From contig JBBRPR010000106.1 in the NCBI GenBank assembly GCA_038227875.1, positions 1 to 16,313 of the forward strand: 16,313 bases of DNA, read 5' to 3'. Under the pieces are notes generated by a model. The model searched no databases and was not told the origin of the DNA. It saw only the letters and a program-made list of their open reading frames with translations. The stretch is from Planctomycetota bacterium (GTDB lineage: Bacteria; Planctomycetota; SZUA-567; H5-PLA8). Position 1 is the first letter of the stretch. Each line of letters opens with the position of its first letter. This document shows, one piece after another, positions 8,697 to 16,313 of this stretch. The position numbers were made by a program, and so were the translations under genes.

Positions 8697-9278
8697 TTAT
8701 AACGATCGAGGAGGCCGTGGCAGTTTCCGTCTGCGTTTCCAGTCGATATTCGGGAGTTCGATACGCCTATTGTGAGTGCCCTCCCAGAGCACTTCAAAGT
8801 CGTGCCTTTCAGCGGCGGCTTTGACTGCCTTTCCGATTTCAATTTTTCCCTCTGACGTATTTCTTAAATCTCCATAAGCGAGCAAGAGACCCGCGCCCGC
8901 TACTGCGCGTTCCAAATCCTGTCCGTGATAAAAACAGTATCCCTTTACAGAGCCTCGATCTCGTCGCTGAAGCTCCTCTCCTACGTCCGAGTGCCCATCG
9001 GACATGGTATAGCCCGCGTTCTGGAGCGCGATGATGCCTCCTTCATTCAATTCTTGGAAGAGCGCGTTCAGTCGGTCACAATCCGTACTTGCTGGCCACG
9101 TGGCTTCGGCGATTTCCTTCTTCTTGAATTCAGTCATGACCGCAGCGCGAAGCAGCGGAACATCGGCGCCGTCTTCCAGAAGATCCTCGATCGTTTGATA
9201 CACATCGCTGGGGTCTGCAAAACCGCCCCAAACTTGTGTCTCGATAGCTGTAAGGATGTGGCGGGTAACTTCATGCAT
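8697..9278 (-). CDS. DUF6891-like hypothetical protein
   Basis: TDCDRL..LF.EL...GIIALQNAGYTMSDG, GYCFYHGQDLERAV, LAYG, V.W.G....RI pattern. AGGAGG RBS supports ATG 9278 rather than 9320. Confidence 0.75.
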   Translation of the reverse strand: MHEVTRHILTAIETQVWGGFADPSDVYQTIEDLLEDGADVPLLRAAVMTEFKKKEIAEATWPASTDCDRLNALFQELNEGGIIALQNAGYTMSDGHSDVGEELQRRDRGSVKGYCFYHGQDLERAVAGAGLLLAYGDLRNTSEGKIEIGKAVKAAAERHDFEVLWEGTHNRRIELPNIDWKRRRKLPRPPRSL

Positions 9279-9334
9279 CAGATTTTCCTCCTGTTCGTAA
9301 ACAGATGGGGCGATGGACATTTCTTATACGAGAG

Positions 9335-9362
9335 ATGTTGCGAAATGTTACAAAATGTTACA
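9335..9362. repeat. Three phased 10-bp direct repeats (candidate transcription-factor site)
   Basis: ATGTTGCGAA ATGTTACAAA ATGTTACA. Confidence 0.7.
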
Positions 9363-9412
9363 TGAGCTGGGGTCGATTTTTCTGGCGTGGATTCGAGCGC
9401 CCTATCAGCGAT

Positions 9413-9458
9413 CCAAGGGCTGCCGCCCTTGGCTATTTTCGGGCGGCCCTCCAGGCCG
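9413..9458. repeat. REP-like palindromic element
   Basis: CCAAGGGC-TGCC-GCCCTTGG perfect 8-bp hairpin followed by CTATTTTCGGGCGGCCCTCCAGGCCG. Confidence 0.6.
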
Positions 9459-9507
9459 TGGGATTCTCGCGCAGTCTCGACGCATCGAACGGGCGATCCT
9501 TGTTCGC

Positions 9508-9553
9508 GAGTGTGCCACTGGTGGCTTAACGGCTAGCCACCAGTGACACACTC
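9508..9553. repeat. REP-like hairpin 1
   Basis: GAGTGTGCCACTGGTGGCT-8 nt-AGCCACCAGTGACACACTC; 19-bp stem with one mismatch. Confidence 0.8.
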
Positions 9554-9613
9554 CTGCGCTCATTTTGTAAGAGGGACGTGACGGTCCAAATTGCAAACGC
9601 GGCGTGCATCTCG

Positions 9614-9649
9614 CACTCGTCTGAGAACTGCTTCAGACGAGTGGCACCC
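9614..9649. repeat. REP-like hairpin 2
   Basis: CACTCGTCTGA-8 nt-TCAGACGAGTG then GCACCC; perfect 11-bp stem. Confidence 0.8.
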
Positions 9650-9685
9650 TGGCGTGTGATTGCGCGCAAGAAGCTGGGCGGGGGC

Positions 9686-9704
9686 TATTCGGTTTTCAAA
9701 GATC
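9686..9704 (-). promoter_or_regulatory. boxA-like antitermination motif
   Basis: Minus strand GATCTTTGAAAACCGAATA resembles the TCTTTGAAAAC-type boxA of rRNA leaders and spacers. Confidence 0.5.
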
Positions 9705-9762
9705 GGAATTTCACGGACAGTTTTTGTTAACGGCCGGCGCTTCGAAATGGGTTGATCTCTCG

Positions 9763-9816
9763 CACGGATGAACGGACATTTTCGCTTCGCTCTAATGTCC
9801 GTGCATCCGTGGCACC
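9763..9816. repeat. REP-like hairpin 3 (may also terminate the HTH gene transcript)
   Basis: CACGGATGAACGGACATT-13 nt-AATGTCCGTGCATCCGTG then GCACC; 18-bp stem with one mismatch, just past the HTH gene stop. Confidence 0.8.
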
Positions 9817-9820
9817 ATCG

Positions 9821-10744
9821 TTATCCAGGGCCATGCGCAGCAGCGGTGGGTGTGGCGTTGGAATTACTGATTTGAGGATGCGCGGAGTTGTTAGTCGCGC
9901 GTGGGCGGATCATGGATGTGGTTGCGAGACTGCTTGTACTGTTGAGATTTGCGGGACTTGAGGTTTGCGCGGGTTTGCAGCGAGTGGTGGTGCGGCTGCG
10001 TTTCCAGGCTTTCGGCTTGGGTTTGTAGCTGGCGGGCTGGATGGTGATGCGCGCTTCGGCTTGCTGGATCGATTCGGCCATGGCTTCTTCGATTTGAGCT
10101 TTCGGGGTCTTCGTGGGGTCGAAATTTTTGGGCTGAGCGAGGTCGACGGGCTGCGGCTCGGTGACTTTCTTTGGCGTGCCGTCGTCGTTGACGGGGTTGT
10201 TCTCCCAATCGTGGACGTAGGCGGGCTGGAAGCCGGCGCAGGCGCCAGGCTCGGCGCGGTCCCCTTCGGTTCCGGGACGGTCGGCGCGGTCGCCGGGTTC
10301 GCGGTCCTTCGCGTGGAAGGATACTTTTTCGACGGCTTCGGCTTCCTGGAGCTCGGGGAGCTTGTCGTTGAGCAGGCTGGTCGGGTTCGGCAGCTTCGCG
10401 TTGAAACCCATCAAGTCCCAGAAGCGCTGCGTATGGCGGAGCAGCGTCGCGCAGCTCAGGCGGCGTTCCATGTCGGTCGTGTTGACTTTCAAGATCATGT
10501 GGCGGAGCTGCTGCGCGGAATCGAGTCCACCTTCGATGAACGTTTGCGCGGTGAGCTGGACTTGCGTCCGCATGCCGGCCATGTTCTCGCCGACGGTCTT
10601 GCTGAGCGCCTGATCGAATTCGGGGATCTTCTTCCAGCGGCAGAGGGTCTGGCGGCTGATGTCGAGCTCCCGGGCGATCGAGTTGATGTCTTTTCCGAGC
10701 GATAATAGAACGATGGCGCGTTGCTGATTGACGTGCAGGGCCAT
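9821..10744 (-). CDS. Helix-turn-helix protein (phBC6A51/terminase-small-subunit-like HTH) with long low-complexity C-terminus
   Basis: QQRAIVLLSLGKDINSIARELDISRQTLCRWKKIPEFDQAL is an HTH. AAGGAG RBS 9 nt before ATG 10744. The tail is rich in P, K, T and S. Confidence 0.75.
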   Translation of the reverse strand: MALHVNQQRAIVLLSLGKDINSIARELDISRQTLCRWKKIPEFDQALSKTVGENMAGMRTQVQLTAQTFIEGGLDSAQQLRHMILKVNTTDMERRLSCATLLRHTQRFWDLMGFNAKLPNPTSLLNDKLPELQEAEAVEKVSFHAKDREPGDRADRPGTEGDRAEPGACAGFQPAYVHDWENNPVNDDGTPKKVTEPQPVDLAQPKNFDPTKTPKAQIEEAMAESIQQAEARITIQPASYKPKPKAWKRSRTTTRCKPAQTSSPANLNSTSSLATTSMIRPRATNNSAHPQISNSNATPTAAAHGPG

Positions 10745-10799
10745 GGGCTTTTTCTCCTTATTTTCATCCATCATATTAGGGTTTTGTTTACATGCCAGA

Positions 10800-10840
10800 A
10801 GATTACACCGTAGGATCGGGATGTCAATATTTATTTTTGT
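10800..10840 (-). promoter_or_regulatory. Sigma70-type promoter of the HTH gene
   Basis: Minus strand TTGACA (10827-10822)-16 nt-TAATCT (10805-10800), with an A/T-rich UP-like tract upstream. Confidence 0.6.
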
Positions 10841-10913
10841 TAAAAACCGGGAAAGTGATGTTTGGGGATTAGCTTGGGTTCTTGCGAAAGAGCGTGCGTC
10901 CTCTAAAGGAGAA

Positions 10914-12071
10914 TCAGGGTTTCGTGGGCGGGGATTTGAGGGCGTCGTAGATTTTGAAGGTTTTGGTGCTCCAAGTGCCGGCGAGATAGAGCGTGCCGGT
11001 GTCGGGGGCGTAGGCGAAAAATGCGGCGGGGTTTGCGCCGGGGACTTTCGTCAGGTCGCTGAGCTTGCCGGTTTCGGGGTCGCGCTTGATGTAGCTCAGT
11101 CCGCTGGCGGGCTTTTCGGGATCGGCGCAGGCGTAGGCGGTGCGGCCGTCGGGGGTGAATGTGACCTGACCGACGCCGCCCATGCTGCCGGCGGGGAGCT
11201 TATCGCCGAAGCTCAGCGCGCCGGATTGCTCGTCGCGTTTCAGCAGCGCTACATAGGCGGTGTCCGGCGGGTCGTAGCGCTTGAATAGCGCGGCGTACAC
11301 GTGTTTGCCTTCGGGGGAGATGAAGAGGCTGAGATTGTCCTTGCCGGCTTTCAAGTCGGGGAGCGTGAGCGAGCCGGCGTAGGTCAGCTTGCCGTCCGGC
11401 GCGCAGGTGAGCCAGCCGAGGGTTCCATCGCCGCCCATGGAATATGCGAACTTCCGGTCGGGCGAGAATTGCAGTCCGTGTCCGATGCCTTTACCGGTGA
11501 TCTTTTCAGCCACGGTCGGTTTGCCGTCGCTGGGGTCAAGCTTGATGACGTGGATCTGATCGGCAAAATGCGCGGCGAGGTAGAGCGTGTTGGGATCGGG
11601 GGTGGGGTAGAGCACGCCGGCGGCGCACGGAATGTTGCCGAGTTTCTTGAAAGCGCCGTCTTTGGGATCGATCTGGTACCAGGACAATCCGATCGCATCG
11701 CCATCGCCGTGCGCGTGCGTCCATTCGCCAGCGACGTAGAGAATGTGCTTGGCCGAAAACGCCAGGTAGGGGTCCACGTGAGTTCCGGCCCGGCCCAGAT
11801 CCGCGGCGACGGGGATGGACTGCATGAATTTGATGTCGCCGGATTTCTCGTCGCGATTGAAAATGTGCACGGCGCCGCTGCGATGGACAGAGAGAAAAAA
11901 GAGCGGCCCGGCGATCAGCGGTTGCCAGGCCCAGTCCAGTTTCAAGTCCCCGGCTTCCGGGATTTCGCTTTTCTGCTTTGGTGTCGCGGTGTCCGCTGCG
12001 TGAATGCGCGTTACGATCAGACTGAAGACGACGAGACCCAGCAGAACCGAACTTCTGCGCAGAAGGTTCAT
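10914..12071 (-). CDS. Secreted lactonase-family (6-phosphogluconolactonase-like) beta-propeller protein
   Basis: Signal peptide MNLLRRSSVLLGLVVFSLIVTRIHA. Blade motifs FSPDRKFAY, ISPEGKHVYA, FTPDGRTAYA, RD..SG.L; AGGAG RBS. Confidence 0.8.
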   Translation of the reverse strand: MNLLRRSSVLLGLVVFSLIVTRIHAADTATPKQKSEIPEAGDLKLDWAWQPLIAGPLFFLSVHRSGAVHIFNRDEKSGDIKFMQSIPVAADLGRAGTHVDPYLAFSAKHILYVAGEWTHAHGDGDAIGLSWYQIDPKDGAFKKLGNIPCAAGVLYPTPDPNTLYLAAHFADQIHVIKLDPSDGKPTVAEKITGKGIGHGLQFSPDRKFAYSMGGDGTLGWLTCAPDGKLTYAGSLTLPDLKAGKDNLSLFISPEGKHVYAALFKRYDPPDTAYVALLKRDEQSGALSFGDKLPAGSMGGVGQVTFTPDGRTAYACADPEKPASGLSYIKRDPETGKLSDLTKVPGANPAAFFAYAPDTGTLYLAGTWSTKTFKIYDALKSPPTKP

Positions 12072-12091
12072 CTCAATTTCTCCTAATTACG

Positions 12092-13153
12092 TCAGGTCCG
12101 CTGAAGGATCGCCGGGCGGATGATCCGCCGCTGTATCGGTCCGTTGCGGTGTTCCAATCTCCAGCGCACCAGATCGCTGGTGGCGGTGCCCATTTGATGT
12201 TGATCGTTGCGGCTGGCGGCCACGACGTTCGACGGCCAGGCGCTGAGTGGTTCGTTGCTCCAACCGGCGACGGGATTGGCGCGGGACGTCAGGCGCGGAT
12301 CGTTGACGTTGCCGGAGATCAGGATCGCGGCGCTGTCGGGCAGCGTTTCGAGAGCTGCGGTGACCTCGTCGCCGGCCCAATCGGCGTGGAGTATTTCCGG
12401 CTCAACGCCGGCCTGCCGCATGGCGAGGCGGTAACCGTCTTCGCGCAGGCCGTTGGCGGGGTCGTAATTCCACTGCGTCGCGCGATCCGGCGAATTTTGC
12501 GGACCGGCCAGAAAAACCACGCGCCGAATCGCGCGTTTCAACAGGACCGTGGTGAGCTGAAAAGCGGCGGCGATTTCGTCGACGAAGACGGAATCCATGC
12601 GCACTGCCGAGGCGTCGACGTCGTAGGCAATCACCGGAATCTTCAGTTCCTGCAACTGGCCCAGGTAGGCTAATTCGTAAATTCCAGCCGCGACGATGGC
12701 GTCCATACGGTCGAGCGCGAGCTTCTGGGGCGGGGTGTAACGGCGTTCGATCGGGCCGCAGGGGTAGAACACGCAGCCGTGAAGCGAGACGCGGTCTCCA
12801 GACTCGACCAACTGCTGCTGCATGACGGCCAGACCGGAGAAATGCTGGGCTTGGGAAAGCAGGCCGGCGGAGAAGGGGGTGGGCACGCCAGTCAGGATGG
12901 CGACGTTGCGCGGAATCGGTCGCCACGCGGTCCGGTCAGCGACGTAAGTTCCTTGGCGGTCTTTTGTTACGAGGAAGCCTTCCGACGCCAGTCGTTCCAG
13001 AGCGCGTACGACGGTCGCCTGGCCATGCTTCAGGCGATCGGCGAGAACGCGGACAGATTCGAGCTTTTCACCGGGCTTGGCGGCGCCGGACAGGATCCGG
13101 GCTCGGATATTCTCGGCGACACGGTCGGTGGGCTGGAAGGCGGCGAGTTTCAT
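12092..13153 (-). CDS. GntR-family regulator with LacI/periplasmic-binding-like effector domain
   Basis: RARILSG..KPGEKLESVRVLA...TVVRALERLASEGFL....QGTYV is a GntR wHTH. The C-terminus (IPVIAYD, DSVFVDE, RRVVFL, REDGYRLAM, QMGTATSDLV) is LacI-like. AAGGAG RBS. Confidence 0.88.
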   Translation of the reverse strand: MKLAAFQPTDRVAENIRARILSGAAKPGEKLESVRVLADRLKHGQATVVRALERLASEGFLVTKDRQGTYVADRTAWRPIPRNVAILTGVPTPFSAGLLSQAQHFSGLAVMQQQLVESGDRVSLHGCVFYPCGPIERRYTPPQKLALDRMDAIVAAGIYELAYLGQLQELKIPVIAYDVDASAVRMDSVFVDEIAAAFQLTTVLLKRAIRRVVFLAGPQNSPDRATQWNYDPANGLREDGYRLAMRQAGVEPEILHADWAGDEVTAALETLPDSAAILISGNVNDPRLTSRANPVAGWSNEPLSAWPSNVVAASRNDQHQMGTATSDLVRWRLEHRNGPIQRRIIRPAILQRT

Positions 13154-13164
13154 TAAAATCTCCT

Positions 13165-13198
13165 TCTGCTTCTAGTGTATAGATACACCGAAAGCAGA
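13165..13198. promoter_or_regulatory. Palindromic operator candidate for the GntR regulator
   Basis: TCTGCTT-cta-GTGTAT-AG-ATACAC-cga-AAGCAGA; inner and outer arms share one centre. Confidence 0.65.
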
Positions 13199-13331
13199 TG
13201 GAAAGGTGAATATTTTCGAAAAAACGGCGCGCCACGACCACGGGGAGTTCCGGCTGACTTCATTTCATCCCGGCGCGAAGCTGGCGCACTGTGTATTCTA
13301 TGGATCACGTCTGGACTTGGAGGGAGTGCTC

Positions 13332-13772
13332 ATGTTCAAAGAATTCAAAGAGTTCGCGGTGAAAGGCAATGTGGTCGACATGGCCGTCGGTATCGTGATC
13401 GGCGGTGCGTTTGGGAAAATCGTGACGTCGTTTGTCAGCGATGTGCTCATGCCACCGGTCGGGTTGATGCTGGGCAAGGTCGACTTTTCAAACATGTTCG
13501 TCAGCCTGAACGGCACGCATTACGCGACGTTGAAGGAAGCTAAAGACGCGGGCGCGGCGACGCTGAATTACGGTCTGTTTCTCAACACGATTTTGGATTT
13601 TACGATCGTGGCGTTTGCGATGTTCCTGGTAATCAGCCAGATCAACCGGCTGCGCAGAGCCATCGAAGCCCCGCCGCCGCCGGCACCACCCGCAACGAAG
13701 GAATGTCCGTTCTGCATTTCTGCAATTCCGATCAAGGCGACGAAGTGCGCGCATTGTACGTCGGCGGTATGA
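13332..13772 (+). CDS. mscL: Large-conductance mechanosensitive channel with C-terminal zinc-ribbon
   Basis: [60 protein letters not shown], tail CPFC...CAHC. GGAG RBS before ATG 13332. Confidence 0.96.
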   Translation: MFKEFKEFAVKGNVVDMAVGIVIGGAFGKIVTSFVSDVLMPPVGLMLGKVDFSNMFVSLNGTHYATLKEAKDAGAATLNYGLFLNTILDFTIVAFAMFLVISQINRLRRAIEAPPPPAPPATKECPFCISAIPIKATKCAHCTSAV

Positions 13773-13820
13773 TTGAAAATTTGTTGAGACGTGAGCAGTT
13801 GTGAGTGGAATGGACTAGAG

Positions 13821-15401
13821 ATGGCAACGGAAAAGGGAAAGAGTGCGAAAGAGTTGGCGGATGACGTCCGCCGCTGCACGGAGTTGCTCGAAGCCATCGC
13901 GCAGGATCGCGCGCTGCTTGCGGAATTGACGGAAGACGAGCGCAAGGCGTTACTCTCGGCAGCTGGTCGGGTATCGCGGCCGGAGACGCCGCAGGAACGG
14001 CGACTGGTTCGGGAGTTTCGGCGGGCCAGTCGGCGGGATCGACAGAAGAAGGACCGCAGGGCTGTCGCGGAGACGGAAATACGCGTCGCACGCACGGCGA
14101 GCGTCTATGTCGCACCGTCGGCGAAGTTGCCGCACGAACAGCGCACCGACGAGCGCGAACTGGCGTCGGAGCGCTTCTGCTACGTCTGCAAAGCTCCCTA
14201 TAAGAAGCTGCATTTTTTCTACGATTCGATGTGCAAGGCGTGCGGTGATTTCAACTATGCCAAGCGCTTCGAGACTGCGCCGATGCAGGGACGCGTCGCG
14301 CTGGTGACCGGCGGGCGCGTCAAGATTGGTTATCAGGCGAGCTTGAAGCTGCTGCGCGCCGGCGCGACGGTGATCGTGACCACGCGCTTTCCCAACGATT
14401 CTGCGCAGCGCTACGCGCGTGAGCCGGATTTCAAGGAGTGGGCCGGCCGCGTCAAGATTCACGGCCTGGATCTGCGCCACGCGCCGAGCGTTGAGCTCTT
14501 CGCGCGGTATGTGGCGGCGACGTACGAGCGACTGGATTTTCTCCTGAACAACGCCGCACAGACCGTGCGCCGGCCTCCTGGATTTTTCAAACACATGCTC
14601 GCCGCGGAGCAGACGCCGTTTGCGGAGCTCCCCTCGGAGTTGCAGCCGTTGCTGCGCGATCATCAGGAATGCAAGACGCTGCTGGCGGCGCCGACGCAGT
14701 TCGGTGCGCGATTTGGCGAGAAGGAGCTGGCCGACCCGTCGGCGAGTACCGGCCTGGCGCTCGTCACTGGCGCGGGGCACAGCGCGGGGATCGGCATCCG
14801 CGCGTCGGCGCAGCTCTCGCAGTTGCCGTACGCTTACGATGAGGACGCGCAGCGGGCCGATCTCTTTCCTGAGGGCAAGACCGATGCGGACATGCAGCAG
14901 GTCGATCTGCGTTCACAGAACAGCTGGCGCCTGACGCTGAGCGAAGTGCACACGCCGGAGATGCTGGAAGTGCATCTGGTCAACGCCGTCGCGCCGTTCG
15001 TGCTCTGCAGCAAACTCAAAGCGCTGATGAAGCGTCACAAGACCGGCGACAAGCACATTGTTAATGTCTCCGCGATGGAAGGTATTTTTTCGCGCGGCAC
15101 GAAAACCGACAAGCACCCGCACACTAACATGGCCAAAGCCGCGTTGAACATGATGACGCTGACTTCCGCGCGCGACTACGCCGACGACGGCATTTTCATG
15201 AACGCGGTCGACACGGGCTGGGTCACCGACGAAGACCCGGCGGCGATCGCCGCGTGGAAGAAGGACGAATTGAATTTTCAGCCACCGCTGGACATCGTCG
15301 ACGGAGCAGCGCGGATCTGCGATCCATTTATTGTGGGTTTGAATTCCGGGGAGCATGTGTGGGGGAAGTTTTTGAAGGATTATAAGGCGAGCAGCTGGTG
15401 A
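13821..15401 (+). CDS. Short-chain dehydrogenase/reductase with N-terminal Cys-rich (Zn-finger-like) domain
   Basis: RVALVTGGRVKIG Rossmann motif, LDFLLNNAAQT, IVNVSAMEG, HTNMAKAALNMMT, MNAVDTGW; upstream CYVCK...MCKAC. Confidence 0.88.
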   Translation: MATEKGKSAKELADDVRRCTELLEAIAQDRALLAELTEDERKALLSAAGRVSRPETPQERRLVREFRRASRRDRQKKDRRAVAETEIRVARTASVYVAPSAKLPHEQRTDERELASERFCYVCKAPYKKLHFFYDSMCKACGDFNYAKRFETAPMQGRVALVTGGRVKIGYQASLKLLRAGATVIVTTRFPNDSAQRYAREPDFKEWAGRVKIHGLDLRHAPSVELFARYVAATYERLDFLLNNAAQTVRRPPGFFKHMLAAEQTPFAELPSELQPLLRDHQECKTLLAAPTQFGARFGEKELADPSASTGLALVTGAGHSAGIGIRASAQLSQLPYAYDEDAQRADLFPEGKTDADMQQVDLRSQNSWRLTLSEVHTPEMLEVHLVNAVAPFVLCSKLKALMKRHKTGDKHIVNVSAMEGIFSRGTKTDKHPHTNMAKAALNMMTLTSARDYADDGIFMNAVDTGWVTDEDPAAIAAWKKDELNFQPPLDIVDGAARICDPFIVGLNSGEHVWGKFLKDYKASSW

Positions 15402-15410
15402 TAACTAGAT

Positions 15411-16172
15411 TCACGAGCACTTGACCTCCGCCGACTCGTGCGTAGACATCCGCGCGATGCGGTCCTCGCCACTGCGCGATGCTGAGGACTTTAGCTCTTC
15501 TACGTGGGTGGATTGCAGTTGATCGTTGAATTGGGCATTGTACATCTTGGCGTAGGCGCCGTTCATCGCCAATAGCTCCGAGTGGGAAGCGGCCTCCACG
15601 ATGCAGCCGCGGTCCAGAACCAGAATGACATCCGCGTTTTTGATCGTGGATAAGCGGTGCGCCACGATGAAAGTGGTGCAGTCTTTCATCACCGTATCCA
15701 GCGCGGTTTGAATCTGGCGTTCGGTCTGCGTATCCAGAGCGCTCGTGGCTTCGTCCAGAATCAAGATCGATGGCTTGGCCAGAATCGCGCGTGCCAATGC
15801 AATGCGCTGTTTCTGTCCGCCGGAAAGCGAAAAGCCGCCTTCGCCGCACATCGTATCGAGGCCTTCGGGCTTGGCGCAGATGAATTCCCAAGCGCCAGCC
15901 ATCTTGGCGGCGGCAATCACTTCTTCGTCGGTGGCGTCCCAGCGCGAATAGCGGATGTTGTCGCGCATCGTGCCTTTAAAGAGGAAATTTTCCTGCAGGA
16001 CAATGGCGATATTGGATAAATAATTATTCAGGCGGTAATCGCGAATGTCCACGCCGTCGACTTTGACACACCCGCGATTCACATCGTACAGGCGGACCAG
16101 AAGATTAATCAATGTGCTCTTGCCCGAGCCGGAGGCGCCGACGATGGCCACACAGTCTCCGGGTTTCACCTT
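15411..16172 (-). pseudogene. 3' part (ATPase domain) of an ABCB/MsbA-type ABC transporter, interrupted by IS1595
   Basis: Walker A GASGSGKS, Q-loop VLQE, LSGGQ, ILILDEATSALD, AHRL. The N-terminal NBD strands and the membrane domain are missing; IS sequence begins immediately upstream of VKPG. Confidence 0.85.
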
Positions 16173-16173
16173 A

Positions 16174-16313
16174 GGGGGGTATCCATTTCGAGCAAGTAAT
16201 CCTACTTTGCCATAGCTGTCGCCTCCGTTCCGCCGAGGAGATTCCGGTAGTATGTCGAGGGCGTAGACGCCGCCTGCTGCATAAGCCGGTAGAAGAGCAG
16301 CCCGCGGGTGGCA
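16174..16313 (-). mobile_element. Right end of an IS1595-family element (ISSod11-like)
   Basis: Terminal GGGGGGTATCCATTTCGAGCAAGT lies just after a transposase stop codon; the exact boundary is uncertain by a few bases. Confidence 0.75.
16202..16312 (-). CDS. IS1595-family transposase C-terminus (partial; not in the ORF track)
   Basis: Manual translation ATRGLLFYRLMQQAASTPSTYYRNLLGGTEATAMAK* matches the RG.LFYRL.QQA....P..Y tail that I recognise from IS1595 transposases. Confidence 0.75.
   Translation of the reverse strand, partial: ATRGLLFYRLMQQAASTPSTYYRNLLGGTEATAMAK

Noticed and set aside
9508..9816. CRISPR array interpretation of the hairpin cluster
   Set aside because: Units are not identical direct repeats, spacing is irregular, orientation is mixed and there are no cas genes.
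9305..9961. Short ORFs in the intergenic repeat region
   Set aside because: They run through palindromic repeats, lack a clear RBS and have no recognisable motifs.
9821..10774. Prophage, suggested by the terminase-small-like HTH
   Set aside because: No large terminase, portal, capsid or integrase gene nearby.
13206..13331. N-terminal extension of MscL in the ORF track
   Set aside because: The canonical MFKEFKEF start with an RBS is at 13332.

Overview
High-GC bacterial chromosomal segment; gene content and repeat style suggest Planctomycetota (inference). Both ends are disrupted. At left, an NHL/beta-propeller gene lacks its 5' part and abuts a possible IS terminus. At right, an ABC transporter gene is cut just before Walker A by an IS1595-family element. 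Core genes are tRNA-Val(TAC) and tRNA-Asp(GTC), pyrF, dnaE and mscL. Accessory genes are an atypical M14 metallopeptidase, a DprA/SLOG-like + ADP-ribosyltransferase-like fusion, a DUF6891-like gene of lower GC, an HTH protein with a long disordered tail, a GntR/LacI-type regulator with a palindromic operator upstream of a secreted beta-propeller, and a Zn-finger SDR. The two most intriguing items are the SLOG-ART fusion (2531-3691) and the structured intergenic region at about 9320-9820. The latter holds three hairpins with a shared CAC...GTGGCACC frame but unrelated stems, an rRNA-type boxA-like motif and phased 10-bp repeats. All calls were made by eye, without database searches.
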